Below, piece after piece: positions 40,401-48,457 of a stretch of 64,000 nt of DNA. Under the pieces are notes generated by a model that was not told the DNA's origin, made no database searches, and saw nothing but the letters and a program-made list of their open reading frames with translations. The position numbers and the translations under genes were made by a program. Every line of letters begins with the position of its first letter. The first letter of the stretch is position 1. The stretch is from a virus, in the IMG/VR virus record IMGVR_UViG_3300030099_008323, positions 64,001-128,000 of that record; one strand, given 5' to 3'.

Positions 40401-42685
40401 TCGTTTCGTAAATAACTTAAGCCTTTTCTTAAAATAACAGCTGAGCGATTTTCTCTTAAAAAACTTTCTGTTGGGCGGTCTGGAAAATAAGGGTCAAAAT
40501 CAAATAAATCAAGCTGATCATCTTCTAAGTCCCTTAGAGAATTGGGGTCTGGAGAAAATAAAACGTGTGAAACTGTTAGCCTTACATCTTCACCAACTTT
40601 GCCATTGTCTCTTAAACCAACTTGAATTATATGATCGAACTCGTCACTATCAGAGAAAGATTTAGATATTAATTCGTTTAAGCGATCTTGCTCCGTAGTA
40701 TAAGGTGACCACTGCCTCTGTAAAAAGCCTTCAAATTTTGTTCGAAGACCTTTAAAAGCCTTTATCTGCTCTTCAACTTTATACTCTAAATCATATGGAT
40801 CTGTTATTTTGTTACCGGCATCTTCAAAAGTCTGTATTTGACTTTTAAATTTTTCAAAAACTTCTATCAAATTATCTACTTGTTTTTTGAAACCATTATT
40901 TTTTGTTGTGAAATTAAAAACAAAATTGTTGCCGCTATAGAATTCAGAATTTGTCGAAAATGTATTGAAATATGGTTTTGTCGACATTGGTAGTGAGTCA
41001 ACATATGACGCAGGTATAGCAAAAAGAACCTGCTGCTTTCCTGTGTTGAGTCCACTAGTTTGCATCCTTGTTGAAACAGGTGCAAAATATTCGTCTCTTA
41101 GCATCTGCAAAAGATTTACTGGCACTGTAGTATTGCTAAATGGGTCTTTTCCTAGATATCTTAAAAGATCATTAAAGGTTTTATTAAGTATGGCTGGTGG
41201 TACCTCTAAGCTAGTTGCTAAGCCAATGCCTTCTGACTGTCCTTCACCAACAATAAAATAGTAATAACCCTCAGAAAATTTATGAGTTTTTTTAAATCGA
41301 CCAGCAATATATCCTTGGGGCGTCAATTTTATTTTCTTATTAAAAACTTTTTCAGACTCTAACTCATTATATTTATTAAAATTAAAGTACCCCAGCCTCA
41401 CGTCCATGGGCTTCATTTCATTTGTCCAAGTATAAGTGATTTTATCATCTGCCAAGACTTTTGAAAACTTATCACTAGTTTTTGATGCGGGGCCCTTAGT
41501 TAAATTGTTTGCCCCATAGCTTGTAATATTTGTTGTTAAATTTAATTTAATCAGAGGGTCTGGCAAGGAATTAACAGAAGCCTCGCGCTTTCTTAAATAT
41601 TCAGGCCTAGTATAAAGAATCTTTTGATAATTGTTGGTAACTTTATTAACTAGCTTACCTATTTCTGAGTCTTCGCCACTTTCTGTACCTTGGCCGGAAA
41701 AAACAGGTACAAAGCCAACCCATATACCAGTTGCACTAGAAACTATCTCAGTAACAAAGACTGTCATTCCTAAAGGAAATTCAACTCCAGATGAATAGTC
41801 AGTGTAAAGACCCGATACAGCTATCGGCTCTGCTTTGCTGTTAATTAGCTGAAAGTCAGGATCATCCCAACCACGTGGAAGTGGACTAGAGCCTTTTTGT
41901 GGGGAATAACGTACAGGAATAAAATCTTTATCTGTTTGGCCTTTGGCTTCTTGGAGTTGTGAGAATGTCTTTTTTAAAATCATTCCTATGTAATAATCAC
42001 CAACAGTTATGCCTCGTCCTAGTAAGCTAGCTTCCAGCTCAGCATCGCTCTTAATGATTGCAGTACCAGCCTCAGCAGTATTAGGTACTGATCTAATATC
42101 ACCCAATAAATTAACTTGTATGCCTAAAGTGTCAAGAAAGACAGACGCTGCACCACCTGCTATCAGCAACCCATCCAACTTATCAAATAAATCTTGCTTG
42201 GGAACTGGATCAAAATAATTTGCTATTGATCCAGTTCCATCAAAATTGTTCCAGAATGGATTTTCTTTAGCAACTAATATATCCTCCAGCAGTGTCTCTA
42301 CAAGAGGGCCTATGATGTTTTTATAGAACGAGTATTCATCAGTGCCTGGTGGATGACCAAGAGCTACAGTCTGCACAATATTTGTTATAGATCCCCTGAC
42401 AATGCTCATAACTTCCATAAAAGGATTAATTTGTGCTTTATTCGCGTCGGGAATTTGTGTATCGTCTGCATTATCTGCTAAAGACCAAACATCTGTTTTA
42501 GGGCCCCACTGTTGAGCAACTGGGCTGTCTGGATCAATATCTACCTCAACTTGCTCGCCGGCTAAAAATACCGGGATGCCCATAAAAGTTACGGATCCGG
42601 TTGAACTTACACTTAATACTTGATTAAGCTCATCAATTAATTTAGCTAATTCATCTTTAGATTTTTTTGCTTGCGCAATTGACAT
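31427..42685 (-). CDS. Giant protein of unknown function (3752 aa), probably virion-associated
   Basis: Uninterrupted 11.26-kb ORF with SD GAGGT, located between the gp5-like and gp25-like genes. Acidic and largely helical-looking, with a C-terminal coiled coil and hydrophobic segments. Confidence 0.6.
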   Translation of the reverse strand: MSIAQAKKSKDELAKLIDELNQVLSVSSTGSVTFMGIPVFLAGEQVEVDIDPDSPVAQQWGPKTDVWSLADNADDTQIPDANKAQINPFMEVMSIVRGSITNIVQTVALGHPPGTDEYSFYKNIIGPLVETLLEDILVAKENPFWNNFDGTGSIANYFDPVPKQDLFDKLDGLLIAGGAASVFLDTLGIQVNLLGDIRSVPNTAEAGTAIIKSDAELEASLLGRGITVGDYYIGMILKKTFSQLQEAKGQTDKDFIPVRYSPQKGSSPLPRGWDDPDFQLINSKAEPIAVSGLYTDYSSGVEFPLGMTVFVTEIVSSATGIWVGFVPVFSGQGTESGEDSEIGKLVNKVTNNYQKILYTRPEYLRKREASVNSLPDPLIKLNLTTNITSYGANNLTKGPASKTSDKFSKVLADDKITYTWTNEMKPMDVRLGYFNFNKYNELESEKVFNKKIKLTPQGYIAGRFKKTHKFSEGYYYFIVGEGQSEGIGLATSLEVPPAILNKTFNDLLRYLGKDPFSNTTVPVNLLQMLRDEYFAPVSTRMQTSGLNTGKQQVLFAIPASYVDSLPMSTKPYFNTFSTNSEFYSGNNFVFNFTTKNNGFKKQVDNLIEVFEKFKSQIQTFEDAGNKITDPYDLEYKVEEQIKAFKGLRTKFEGFLQRQWSPYTTEQDRLNELISKSFSDSDEFDHIIQVGLRDNGKVGEDVRLTVSHVLFSPDPNSLRDLEDDQLDLFDFDPYFPDRPTESFLRENRSAVILRKGLSYLRNEIADIAVSESEADESSGDSPPSILKTSSVIGTRTLHYLMNARHLVKYEETPSSPTSMTEDINDPWIEMLMTHSVPPLRVYISKKKSSSPEMISCQELLKQINEMSTDLTTADRKILEQFYSRPECQASYFDQFKKPTPAVGPQSSRESIEERQKELEESSSVAFEKLMILYRGFLNNLDPQSILSLLMSCLQSKFGMPLTAEAICEAVIVKIIESDPMGFKQALIDYNPTLAMALGINPADGLRDRIDNNLDKILGEERSEGVPDPITGEVQFSSQDGLNLDETYDGAPFATAALLFGVVDPYAINVIKNLEKGGVAIELNPGVIRPPVYDAQGNLERYNLRSIQEERQRLKELGYSVAEANAIMVQNGFLVPKKEQYDSLINSTFDALGDIGDAFNYSNNAAVYATAETSNATKAFAEDAKAWVAYAKRVVDLGQICEAIIGPLLNMPRDLLRGEGFNSSYYENYWENLQKMFRFPTPKLDLSDNLNTNNFMGDYGDMLLDTFLGTVGTMLGQILNSVLTHYLNTCFEQDDEQDRGSSLGRNNPSQLIPDIGKLAGFRGGQSVGPAEVRSNDLLKWLTEIVETLSTDQLCALLKTQASTNLLNQCVEFTITNHNGIYRAGIDSGAVIQSIFTRISEDIDIDICDTIQGARIIASQGLCQKSDYNSAARITQLVDTGMSDEQARRQFARELEDLSGTIKDIADLLYPTGNPIANKLPEICGPQGAFSLPAGIKDTMNRVTDNILMNVEGTLLRDLSTLKFFSLPSRALMAISDPNEMALAQTEFLEATRDPYKVECFAFVGPNFINTSTDTENRYRNTNYCLTYNEFIHYNSAQFKAPENALLENPVQKLIFHSMDDVSAPRVPILGVADPISNAPELAGYGASLTYVSLARKIINMQLPWPDEVGNSNIGHFIRNGGKNLFGREQMLPVLMTEFFNELPEGTKYWSSKSSNPLAGELLSPIDLSDLLDNSDLPFENSRVLTENSIEFFNTYKNRYDSLAPFIENYIESLSKNSEYTTISNTETKENIDKVIYEQFEKSIKPPGLDNIVYSVDMLLDEKSYDSAPRRRRNDGQYSGQINNLKTGGSFGLSTSPGHSNYHKPDKKAEFAAFMENHQETKQTAVDFTNKNRKFIWKKKYKLTDRLIDINPNPNYWNGMLQYYTGAKITWQTIYDPNSDDKHDINDKDYVWRATSPGVVKLTESPHYIGDGSAYPHTVQVGSHFGIDPDRVETAENLIDQWEDEDYSDEEIDRKLAQAGLSDYDQEVTMARTTTLYIGNLAWAFMHMTLAEASGLTQERIKAIYPNLEQNLSIEHVLLGTSFSSACLNTGRLVDNSDIGHIDSATSISAIEDIGTQLSIGGVNLLQQTLDYNDHLQELEQEKHILFQQLRDIPSYEHEAKDKKRRELDDKKSEIRAHEDAQFSISEDIIDFYTPPRSDYDSDESYQDDRDKVRKQLNKRLKSVKKQIDAMIEILESPGVIDYESLQNILNSALEELHVPIFEDYYPPFKNSDFDGFRTNTHAKIRLHVNSHPQIIPLAVTFFKYFRKPDMFDDPGSWEMGENLVNKKFYETLGDNDLFPQYLGFTPDGNFKKEDPTNNTSNYQRDSEYEPRVPSFYNNFNPNTLRYPLPIDNKIVYGVNQSELNKQIGEIFSDLTVLGDEGQIQGISDSISTFDSNKEIWYQNGAASVIYNSFKDDYHFAKAKFISNDPPRMFNSIDSRFHNHVADIDYNFSFIKNIDSDVEGLLKELYPTAAENNSINDIMHSVIDEEFNKVQDVIINSPDTEGLLAQAPSDQQTKALQEERFRGLETMNYKAKVFGRLLRNKFEKYYKEYGGHQGVLGATNTAQVAQASAVLNALGLGVETEQKYVPPSTEQVAEFMSSIEFNMATYGYSALQFAYTNQMFARLRTSRLNKRKFLRKLWDKILKTPQARGETSKADEACQQIFNNLGITSSKDLKEADTDFFNIGAIKSHIMEYYEKSICRDVYESSPEGENSVKNSLLQGIVLLIIKIYSLEMCIASVIAWDVMDMQDIFSDELMTKVILQNIINDFGDISFISRHAREIVTNQTKLNYKDNWSRLVESSPLDILIKNESREISSIIDDMFINGERITTKLNITKLSNADEDFVDRYRSRYESVNDEDITLEAEILRSFYLNFGYEIIVDAKLNNNIYSFNHGHPFKNSNFSFKNINTVTDINQNFGINDDIVGSSLRRDMKRNRQKDYFHSLPTRQFYDKALGDLSTTDYNSLSEGSAKDGTYVIKADQFINSENWANYDEGKNEGEPARDVVFSDMFKGLLPYDKENIHELTVSNNLNAQIGNIIFQTYVKVIEQDDLNQFRFVEYVDPNTGQVCDVSIGTPVEYNPEEHLPILINYREGLADGTVVKPEVDASGNYIKDAQNIYGANPWHTHLYGYVPLNIWTDFYHNKFLKEIENNEILKKYFDRFGLKPFFKNLEIGIRMTYACSHVVESPSAVNDEGIKNFASFMGKHMNRRGLNECKTLISQRLRRREVYDYTTNKSKIYIGEDAAGTPSNEIHIPIVEVSRKLIFDRKGFRYNTDSDESPIRPYSQLGFYSKFDKNNVVADYKILGLDTVLREMSTDFDKKDSINGLIAHFSNNFSQLFYRDLASDLLIELQNSAEFKLVFEHLLPLRRYMTLSFLYAGDSLSRFITDNTKILEQSKSALRQIFEALINSDRFEYQPDPLGPGGHPALAGDMGDTRGQDPDLEKEILKIILRTPMLILKGFVEVTDMAIIIAKSIIDIANTIQKATIAAVEQALRAVKQGIQTAIDEAKSSMTEIEVNASSVSAALSATKTGLTPAWKSAVAPEGWSDEDIEDAITLDASADEITEWKFEVNMSKVPQTLKDDESFLDFKEQMDSAADLIEAYKEAKDSVSELEEQMLEITKEIDEKVTKAKQVLKDIFSSPWLLPSLWAALVPSQLPFLGGLVPIPFFVGPPSTIPGMIYLALLFIDGYEEKQHELSQSIENQDGVNCEDEL

Positions 42686-42717
42686 TTATTACCTCGTCAT
42701 ATTATATATTATCATAT

Positions 42718-44133
42718 TTAATTTGTTTTGTTATTTGGGCTGCCTATATACTTACTGCCACTGTCATAAAAATATTTACTTTTTACTGCAGCGAGATTAT
42801 GAGAGTGTTTAAGCATGTCAACCTCAACTTTTGAGGCAACGTCAACGTCTAGAGTAAGGCCCTTCATGAACACATCTAAATTAAGCAAGCTGTTGAGCGC
42901 AAAAAATGGCGAAACATGATCATGATTTGCAATGGCTTGATTAAATTTTTGTTGATATTTTATGTATGAATGCATGCTTTGAGCAATTTTTTCTACATGA
43001 AACATCACTCTTTTCATGCCCTCAGCCAGATTATCTCCTAGTACTAATGGTTGTAGTGTAGTGTGGTCATTGTTGGCGATAAGCTCAATTCCAGCATTTT
43101 CTCCAGATATATCACCATTTTGTGAGTTCTTTTTGTCAGTTCCAGTAACTAATCTCAAGCTCTCCCTAGCAATCAATCTTACATTATCAGCCTTGAGTGC
43201 TACGGCAGATTTAGCATTAAAAGGACTAGCTGCATCTCTTATGTTTGATTTACCTTTCATCTCAGCTATTCCAAAATTTTTGTCAACGTCCGTTTTTTGA
43301 CTAATATAAATTCTTGCGGCGTCAACAAAAAAATTAGGATTTATTTTAATTGGCACTTGTATATTTCCACGTGGCGTGGTACCATCTATTGTTGTATCTG
43401 TAGCAGCAATGTCGGCAGGCTCTTCTACATATTCTCTAGGATGAGGGCCTGCCATACCTACAACAATATCAATTGAGTCTGTTTGTGTATGGCCTTTACC
43501 TCCATAGCCTGTGTGAGGAAAACTAACTCTGTCATTCCCAAGAACTATAAAAGCATTATTGTCTAACCCTCTTATAACTTTCTCACATGCCGTATTTTGC
43601 CTGTCAATCATTGGCTGCAATCTTTTTGCGCCGAAGACTCCAGAAACGCCTAGGGCACCTCGCTGTTGCTCGCTCAATTTTCTATAATCTTGCAGTCGAG
43701 TAGAGCGTACGCCGGCGATGTATCTTGTATCTTTTGTTTGGCTCGGGGGCCTAACTGGTATTCTTCCAGAATCTGGCTGTCCTGGATTACGATCTGGTGG
43801 TTTATATGGGCTTTCTTCTAACTGTTCAGAACTAGTTGTTTCAGACAATTTATCTAAATTATTTGGACTCGGGCTAATTATTGGCCCTGCGGGGTCAGCA
43901 GGCTGAATATCGATTGTATCTGCCAATGGATTATCTTGGCCACCATTTATAGTAGCATTGGGATTCTGTTTTTTTACTTCATTTATAAATCTTTTAGCTT
44001 CTACTGCGTTAGTTGTGTTTAATGATTTTCTTGGTACTCCGTTTTGATCAACAACGTCTATACTATAGTATTGATTAATACCAGCGGCACCTGATTGGTT
44101 AACGGTCCTAAATAATATATCTTCTTGCGCCAT
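42718..44133 (-). CDS. Baseplate central spike, gp5/gpV-like C-terminal region
   Basis: Stacked short beta-strand segments (AFIVLGNDR, SIDIVVG, AARIYISQKTDVD, SAVALKADNVRLIARESLRLVTG) and a C-proximal HxH (NHDHVSP, 42916-42924). Start placed at ATG 44133. Confidence 0.65.
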   Translation of the reverse strand: MAQEDILFRTVNQSGAAGINQYYSIDVVDQNGVPRKSLNTTNAVEAKRFINEVKKQNPNATINGGQDNPLADTIDIQPADPAGPIISPSPNNLDKLSETTSSEQLEESPYKPPDRNPGQPDSGRIPVRPPSQTKDTRYIAGVRSTRLQDYRKLSEQQRGALGVSGVFGAKRLQPMIDRQNTACEKVIRGLDNNAFIVLGNDRVSFPHTGYGGKGHTQTDSIDIVVGMAGPHPREYVEEPADIAATDTTIDGTTPRGNIQVPIKINPNFFVDAARIYISQKTDVDKNFGIAEMKGKSNIRDAASPFNAKSAVALKADNVRLIARESLRLVTGTDKKNSQNGDISGENAGIELIANNDHTTLQPLVLGDNLAEGMKRVMFHVEKIAQSMHSYIKYQQKFNQAIANHDHVSPFFALNSLLNLDVFMKGLTLDVDVASKVEVDMLKHSHNLAAVKSKYFYDSGSKYIGSPNNKTN

Positions 44134-44134
44134 T

Positions 44135-47100
44135 TTATGCAACTCCCTGTGGATTGTAATCGCCGCGCGGGTCTACATTCATCATTTTGACCTCTAATTG
44201 TAAGGCTTCATCTTCGAGCTGATCCCATGGAATAGAATTAACTGGATCGGTTGGTAGAGGATTCCAAAACTGAAAATATGAATGATTATCAACTTTAGTT
44301 GTGACACCCGGCCATGATATAGCTATAATCTTGTCAACAACATTCTTAATGCCATACAGTCTATCTAAGCGTGCTTTTTCCCGGAGGCTCCACTTATACT
44401 GACCCGTAATAGCATTTCGCCAACGACCAGATTTGAATCTTCTCTTCATGAAAAAGCTATTACCCCACTTCATACCTGAAGCTTCACAGAAGGCTATAAT
44501 CCACCTAGTTGGGTTTGATAGAGGGTAACCTGATAAAGGCACGATCGGGGTATCAGTAGCCTCAACTAAAACTTTTTCTACTTCGGCTGTATGTAAATCA
44601 CTATCATGTAAAGCAGCTTTTTCGATATCGTTTGTTACTAATTGAACTCTGCTATTATAATCGCCGTCCCTCCAACAATTCTCTCTAAAAGACTCATAAT
44701 GATTATTAAAAACGCCTAAGTCATATAGCTCTTTTGCAAAAGCAGGATGCCCACCCAGGCCTGGCGACCAAGCACCTGTCCATACGCTCATTGAGCCATG
44801 GCCGGGATTATTAGGGTTGCCGCACAAAAAGGCATCGATGTTCAAAGCCAAGCCGTAAGCGGCCGGCGACATTCCGGTATCATACGCAACAATACCATCT
44901 TTACCACCAGGCTTCCCTTTGTAAGAGCCAACTATACCAGAAGCTACATGAAAAGGATAGTAATTTGAAGCTGCGCATGCTTTTCTCCACGCCATTTCAA
45001 TTCTGGGTGCGAGGCAAGACCATACAGATACATCACTTTTTTTTCTTTTAACGGCGCCATTTCTAGCCCTTACCTGGTGAAAAAATTTGTCAGCCTCAAA
45101 TTTATATTGAGAATACGAAGGAATTTTTTCTTCAAGTTTGGAATCTTCACTAGAAATGTTTGTTGTTATTTGTTGGTCTGTACCTTCGAGAATAACTGAA
45201 CTAACAGTATGGAATGTGTAATCTGTTTTCTTTGGCGCAAACGGGATATGCTGTATAATTTCAGCAGCAGTGCGGAAAGCGCTCTTGAACTTTTTATCTC
45301 TGCAAATTGTTGTTGGTGCTGTAGACACCGCGTCAATACCTGGCGCTTGATAGGGAGATTCTGCCATTCTGACTGGGATTTGTTCACAGTCTCCTACGCG
45401 CTCGGGGGCGCCAATTCTTTTTAATTGTTCTAATTTTTGCTTCGCCTTTTGAGCTTCGATTTTCAAGGAATCCAATTCAGCTATTTTTTTTACCAATGGG
45501 GTTGTAATTGCGGCGTCGGATTGACCAGGAAAGACTAAAGGCTCGCCATAAATTTTGGTTACTTCTGCAAGATCTTGAAACTTTGTTGAAACAAAATAAG
45601 ATTTTAGCGCGCGGAAGGTATCTTTGTAGCTTAGCCCAGATTGACCAACTAAAACTCCAGACCCATCGTAAACGCTGTCAGCTTCATTTTCTGCTAAGGC
45701 CAGTTCTGTATCCTTTAGGTTTGCCTCTTGAGCTGCCTGCTGTTGAGTGCGGATTTGATCTTGTAGATATATTTCATAGTTTACAACTCTTTCGATTATT
45801 AATAATCTCTTTACGTTAGTCCACCACTCGGACATGTCCCTCATAAACTCACCGTCTTTTCCAAAGTATAGTAAATCTCTCTTACAATACCTTTTATATT
45901 CGTCTATTTTACAAACATTGCTAACATCACCAACCATTTGAAACAGAGCATTAGAGAAATACTCTATTTTAGGGAGCATCTCATCCCTCTCTCTAAGCAA
46001 TATGGTTGCGCTAGAAAGGCCAGTTTGGCTAGAGATTGCGCCGGCGTGATCTGGCATATCGGAAGTAGTAACAGAATTATAGGACTCTTTTCTTCTCATT
46101 GGCTCTTCACCAGTCTTGTAGACCATCGCGTAACCAACAGCTTCATCAGCGTCAATGTTTGGACCCGTAATATGAAGATTTACAGTTAAATTATTAATAG
46201 TTTTGGTAAACTTTAATTCGCCGGCTTGGACAGAGGGCGCTACAGCAGCTGCATTAATCTCATTGGGGCTAACCGCCATGTTAAATTGAGTATTGACTTC
46301 AGATCCGTGTGTAAAGAACTCTCGGCCGGCGCACTCAGAAGATTTAAATTCTTCTTCCGTTGCAATATAATTAAACTCTACTCTCCTAGATGGATTATTT
46401 TGAATTCTCCTCTGCAAATCATTTTGAAAAAATTCTATTGGTGGAAAATGTTGAAAATGAAAAAATTTAGATTTGTCAATACCTCTAGAAATAAAATCAA
46501 ACCTATCAATTGGCATCGACAAAAAAGATTTTCTTGCTTCATTTTGTGTTCTTCTTTGAAGAGATATTTTTGATAGACCAGCTAGTGTTACGGCTGCCAA
46601 TCCGTCAGCTATAACAGAAACATATTCCACACCTTCATAAGTTATACCTAGGTAATTTTGAATTACCTGCAGAACTTCTTCGTGCATTGCCGCAAAATTG
46701 CCACCTGTAACACTACCATCAAATGTACTTAATTCGCGCTGCTGTAATCTTGTGATTTGTGATAAATTTTCGTTTGTCTTTGAAGGTATTGAATTAAGAT
46801 AATTTGTTACCTCGGCGCGCATAGATGGAACAGTGAAATTAATTTTTGTCCTTATAGAAGGATTTGTAGTTGTACTGGCTTTGGAAGGTGTTGTTCGTGA
46901 TATTCCTAGCGCCATATCGCTTACTCTAGCGGCATCGCCATTTCTTGTACCAAATCCAAGTGAATAAAACATTTCCGGGATTACCAGTATAACATTTCTT
47001 TTATTTTTAATAAGGTCTTTAATAGACGGCGCTATTTTATTTTTAAAATCATTATTAGTACTAATATCTACTCCAACTGGCGTATTTGGGCCCGAAGACC

Positions 47101-48148
47101 AAGAATTTCCAAATCCTCCTATATCATGTAAATAATATTTTATCTCAACTGGCTGAGATGCATCTAACATTTTAGAGGCATATATGATAGTCTCTCTTCC
47201 TGGTGATATTGGTCTATCTAATAAATCTAAATATCCATTATTTTTTAAATGACCAACCCAAACAAAAGCATTCTCTCCATCAGGTGAAGGTCCTCCAATT
47301 TTTCCTACAGCAGATGGCAAAGGATGATTTTTAAGAATATTAACAAAATGTGATTTTGTTTGTGCTGTTCCATCTCCATATATACCGGTTTTATTTGTTG
47401 ATTTTATAAATTTAAAAGATGGTGATGGAAGATTTGCACTGGAAAACGTACTAACAACTAATTTTTTCGCTCCAGCATCATTATATTCTGGAGGTGGACA
47501 TTCTTTATCTATTTTTGCGCCGGCTAGCTCCACCACAGTCTGCATTCTTGCTATTACATTTTCGTGAAATGGTCCTAGGAGTAATCCTGCGGGATTTCCA
47601 GTCAAGCTAGCAGTTCTAGATTCTTTATTTGGTAACGAGACAAGAACTAACTGGCCGACCGCAAGACTGTTAAAAGACTCAGTATCACCTATTGCCCAGA
47701 ACTCACCATGCAGAGAGTCTAATAATTTATCCCATGGCTTTGGAAGTTGAAAATCTAAATCTAAATCTGTATCGTAAACCTTAGCTATGACTCTAATTGG
47801 ATTTTCTGATGCTGATCTTAGTTTTTCTTCATAAACTGCATCTGATAGCATAAGCTCTTGTTGCAATCTTTGCTTACCGCGTAAATTTAAACACTTAGTC
47901 TCACCATATCCAACAGTATTTGGTCCTTTTAAAATTCTTAATATTCTTGCAGGATGAGGGCCTGAACTATCAGGAAGCATCTGATATTTAAATTCATTAT
48001 CTAATATGCCCCTAATGTGCTCGAATACATCAACGCCCGGGTTCTTGCGCGCTCTTAATATATTGCCATGAAGACTGGTAAGCCTAGAGAATTGCTCTGA
48101 ATAGAGCGCTTGAGTTTTTAAATTTTGGGTGTTTGGTTCTTCTGCCAC
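44135..48148 (-). CDS. Multidomain baseplate-hub/tail-associated protein (1337 aa) with degenerate alpha/beta-hydrolase-like and M15-peptidase-like domains
   Basis: GTG start with SD GGAGGAG. Central YYLHD...VILVIPEM...SVIADGLAA; C-terminal SPAAYGLALNID...GMKWG...DNHSYFQF. Confidence 0.5.
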   Translation of the reverse strand: MAEEPNTQNLKTQALYSEQFSRLTSLHGNILRARKNPGVDVFEHIRGILDNEFKYQMLPDSSGPHPARILRILKGPNTVGYGETKCLNLRGKQRLQQELMLSDAVYEEKLRSASENPIRVIAKVYDTDLDLDFQLPKPWDKLLDSLHGEFWAIGDTESFNSLAVGQLVLVSLPNKESRTASLTGNPAGLLLGPFHENVIARMQTVVELAGAKIDKECPPPEYNDAGAKKLVVSTFSSANLPSPSFKFIKSTNKTGIYGDGTAQTKSHFVNILKNHPLPSAVGKIGGPSPDGENAFVWVGHLKNNGYLDLLDRPISPGRETIIYASKMLDASQPVEIKYYLHDIGGFGNSWSSGPNTPVGVDISTNNDFKNKIAPSIKDLIKNKRNVILVIPEMFYSLGFGTRNGDAARVSDMALGISRTTPSKASTTTNPSIRTKINFTVPSMRAEVTNYLNSIPSKTNENLSQITRLQQRELSTFDGSVTGGNFAAMHEEVLQVIQNYLGITYEGVEYVSVIADGLAAVTLAGLSKISLQRRTQNEARKSFLSMPIDRFDFISRGIDKSKFFHFQHFPPIEFFQNDLQRRIQNNPSRRVEFNYIATEEEFKSSECAGREFFTHGSEVNTQFNMAVSPNEINAAAVAPSVQAGELKFTKTINNLTVNLHITGPNIDADEAVGYAMVYKTGEEPMRRKESYNSVTTSDMPDHAGAISSQTGLSSATILLRERDEMLPKIEYFSNALFQMVGDVSNVCKIDEYKRYCKRDLLYFGKDGEFMRDMSEWWTNVKRLLIIERVVNYEIYLQDQIRTQQQAAQEANLKDTELALAENEADSVYDGSGVLVGQSGLSYKDTFRALKSYFVSTKFQDLAEVTKIYGEPLVFPGQSDAAITTPLVKKIAELDSLKIEAQKAKQKLEQLKRIGAPERVGDCEQIPVRMAESPYQAPGIDAVSTAPTTICRDKKFKSAFRTAAEIIQHIPFAPKKTDYTFHTVSSVILEGTDQQITTNISSEDSKLEEKIPSYSQYKFEADKFFHQVRARNGAVKRKKSDVSVWSCLAPRIEMAWRKACAASNYYPFHVASGIVGSYKGKPGGKDGIVAYDTGMSPAAYGLALNIDAFLCGNPNNPGHGSMSVWTGAWSPGLGGHPAFAKELYDLGVFNNHYESFRENCWRDGDYNSRVQLVTNDIEKAALHDSDLHTAEVEKVLVEATDTPIVPLSGYPLSNPTRWIIAFCEASGMKWGNSFFMKRRFKSGRWRNAITGQYKWSLREKARLDRLYGIKNVVDKIIAISWPGVTTKVDNHSYFQFWNPLPTDPVNSIPWDQLEDEALQLEVKMMNVDPRGDYNPQGVA

Positions 48149-48160
48149 CTTTCTCCTCCA

Positions 48161-48457
48161 CTATTCATCTTTAATCAGATCATATATTTCATCTTTTTCA
48201 AGAGAAGAAAGGTTAGAAACAGTAGTTTCTTTTTTTGATATAAGAGTAGCTAACTTAACCATTTGTTCATTAGAGCGTTGCAGTGTTTCAAGATACTTTG
48301 CTGCAACAGGGCCAGAGTATTGATGTTTCGTTGTATCTTCTTTTAGCATCTTCATGAGATCCAGCAGTAATGTTGAGGCTAGCGCTCTATCTTCTCTAAG
48401 GTTGTTTATAGCCTCTGTTGCCAACTCTTTTGAATCTAAATGTTTCCCTTTTCCCAT
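48161..48457 (-). CDS. Small helical hypothetical protein (98 aa)
   Basis: Compact ORF tightly packed between the sigma factor and the hub/spike genes; no motif recognised. Confidence 0.7.
   Translation of the reverse strand: MGKGKHLDSKELATEAINNLREDRALASTLLLDLMKMLKEDTTKHQYSGPVAAKYLETLQRSNEQMVKLATLISKKETTVSNLSSLEKDEIYDLIKDE

Noticed and set aside
27669-48148. Chromosomal eCIS/T6SS/tailocin locus rather than a phage
   Set aside because: It is flanked by phage-type primase, resolvase, recombination nuclease and sigma genes on one strand, with no host housekeeping context, Afp15-type ATPase or T6SS membrane genes visible.
48161-48457. 98-aa protein as terminase small subunit
   Set aside because: It is helical and of similar size, but there is no large terminase or portal nearby and no diagnostic motif.
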